Part shown: one piece after another, positions 63,773 to 64,000 of the stretch
Layout: every line of letters starts with the position of its first letter
How positions within the stretch are numbered: position 1 is the first letter of the stretch
Source of the DNA: Octopus sinensis
Lineage: Eukaryota
NCBI RefSeq assembly: GCF_006345805.1
Contig: NC_043012.1
Span: 56,606,001 to 56,670,000 of the forward strand
Length of the DNA stretch: 64,000 nt
Direction: 5' to 3'
The notes under the pieces: generated by a model
The model's database searches: none
What the model was told of the DNA's origin: nothing
What the model saw: only the letters and a program-made list of their open reading frames with translations
Position numbers and translations under genes: made by a program

Positions 63773-64000
63773 GAGGGGCGTTCAATAAGTAATGCCCCTG
63801 ACCCACTTGCAGTTGTTTGATCTAGCTGAAATTTTGCACGTGCACTTATTTATACCTCTATAGATTAAGTGGCGAATTACAGCTATGAACTAATTGTGGT
63901 TTCTGATTTACAGGTGTTTGAACTGAGTCAAGTGTGAAATGGAGCCTGTTGAGTGTCGAGCAGTGATCTGGTTTTTGTATTTGAAAGGACGCACACCACG
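63770..64000 (+). mobile_element. mariner transposon 5' end (TIR + transposase N-terminus, runs off the window)
   Basis: ta|catgaggggcgttcaataagtaatgc is a mariner-type TIR after (TA)n. ATG at 63939 gives MEPVECRAVIWFLYLKGRTP, resembling the mariner E.RAVIKFL..KG.TP N-terminus. Confidence 0.75.

Overview
AT-rich, microsatellite- and SINE-dense eukaryotic genomic DNA. The repeat families look like those of Octopus; this is inferred from the repeats, not from a search. Three protein-coding genes were reconstructed by hand from splice sites and protein similarity. (1) RPL12/uL11 is complete on the minus strand: join 9998-10034, 5950-6023, 4410-4590, 3530-3637, 1385-1476, 346-351 = 498 nt, 165 aa. 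(2) KPTN/kaptin (KICSTOR subunit) is complete on the plus strand with only two coding exons (10218-10739, 14746-15780; 518 aa). It lies head-to-head with RPL12, with 183 bp between the ATGs. (3) The last five coding exons of STIMATE/TMEM110 lie on the minus strand (52872-52967, 47957-48078, 40926-41038, 33822-33905, 24487-24732); the 5' exons were not found and are probably beyond the window. The rest is tRNA-derived SINEs, RTE-type LINE 3' ends with a tandem array in the 3' UTR, several MITE families, a mariner 5' end, and mini/microsatellites. The most unusual items are Penelope-type minimal hammerhead ribozymes: a near-intact one in sense orientation in a STIMATE intron, and two degenerate ones in a tRNA-Ser-headed SINE arranged as a head-to-head palindrome. 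Also notable are the very compact RPL12/KPTN divergent promoter, candidate unproductive-splicing signals and a GC-rich hairpin in RPL12 intron 1, a 93-aa insertion in KPTN, and several foldback/pre-miRNA-like hairpins. Almost all other ORFs in the supplied track are repeat or microsatellite noise.
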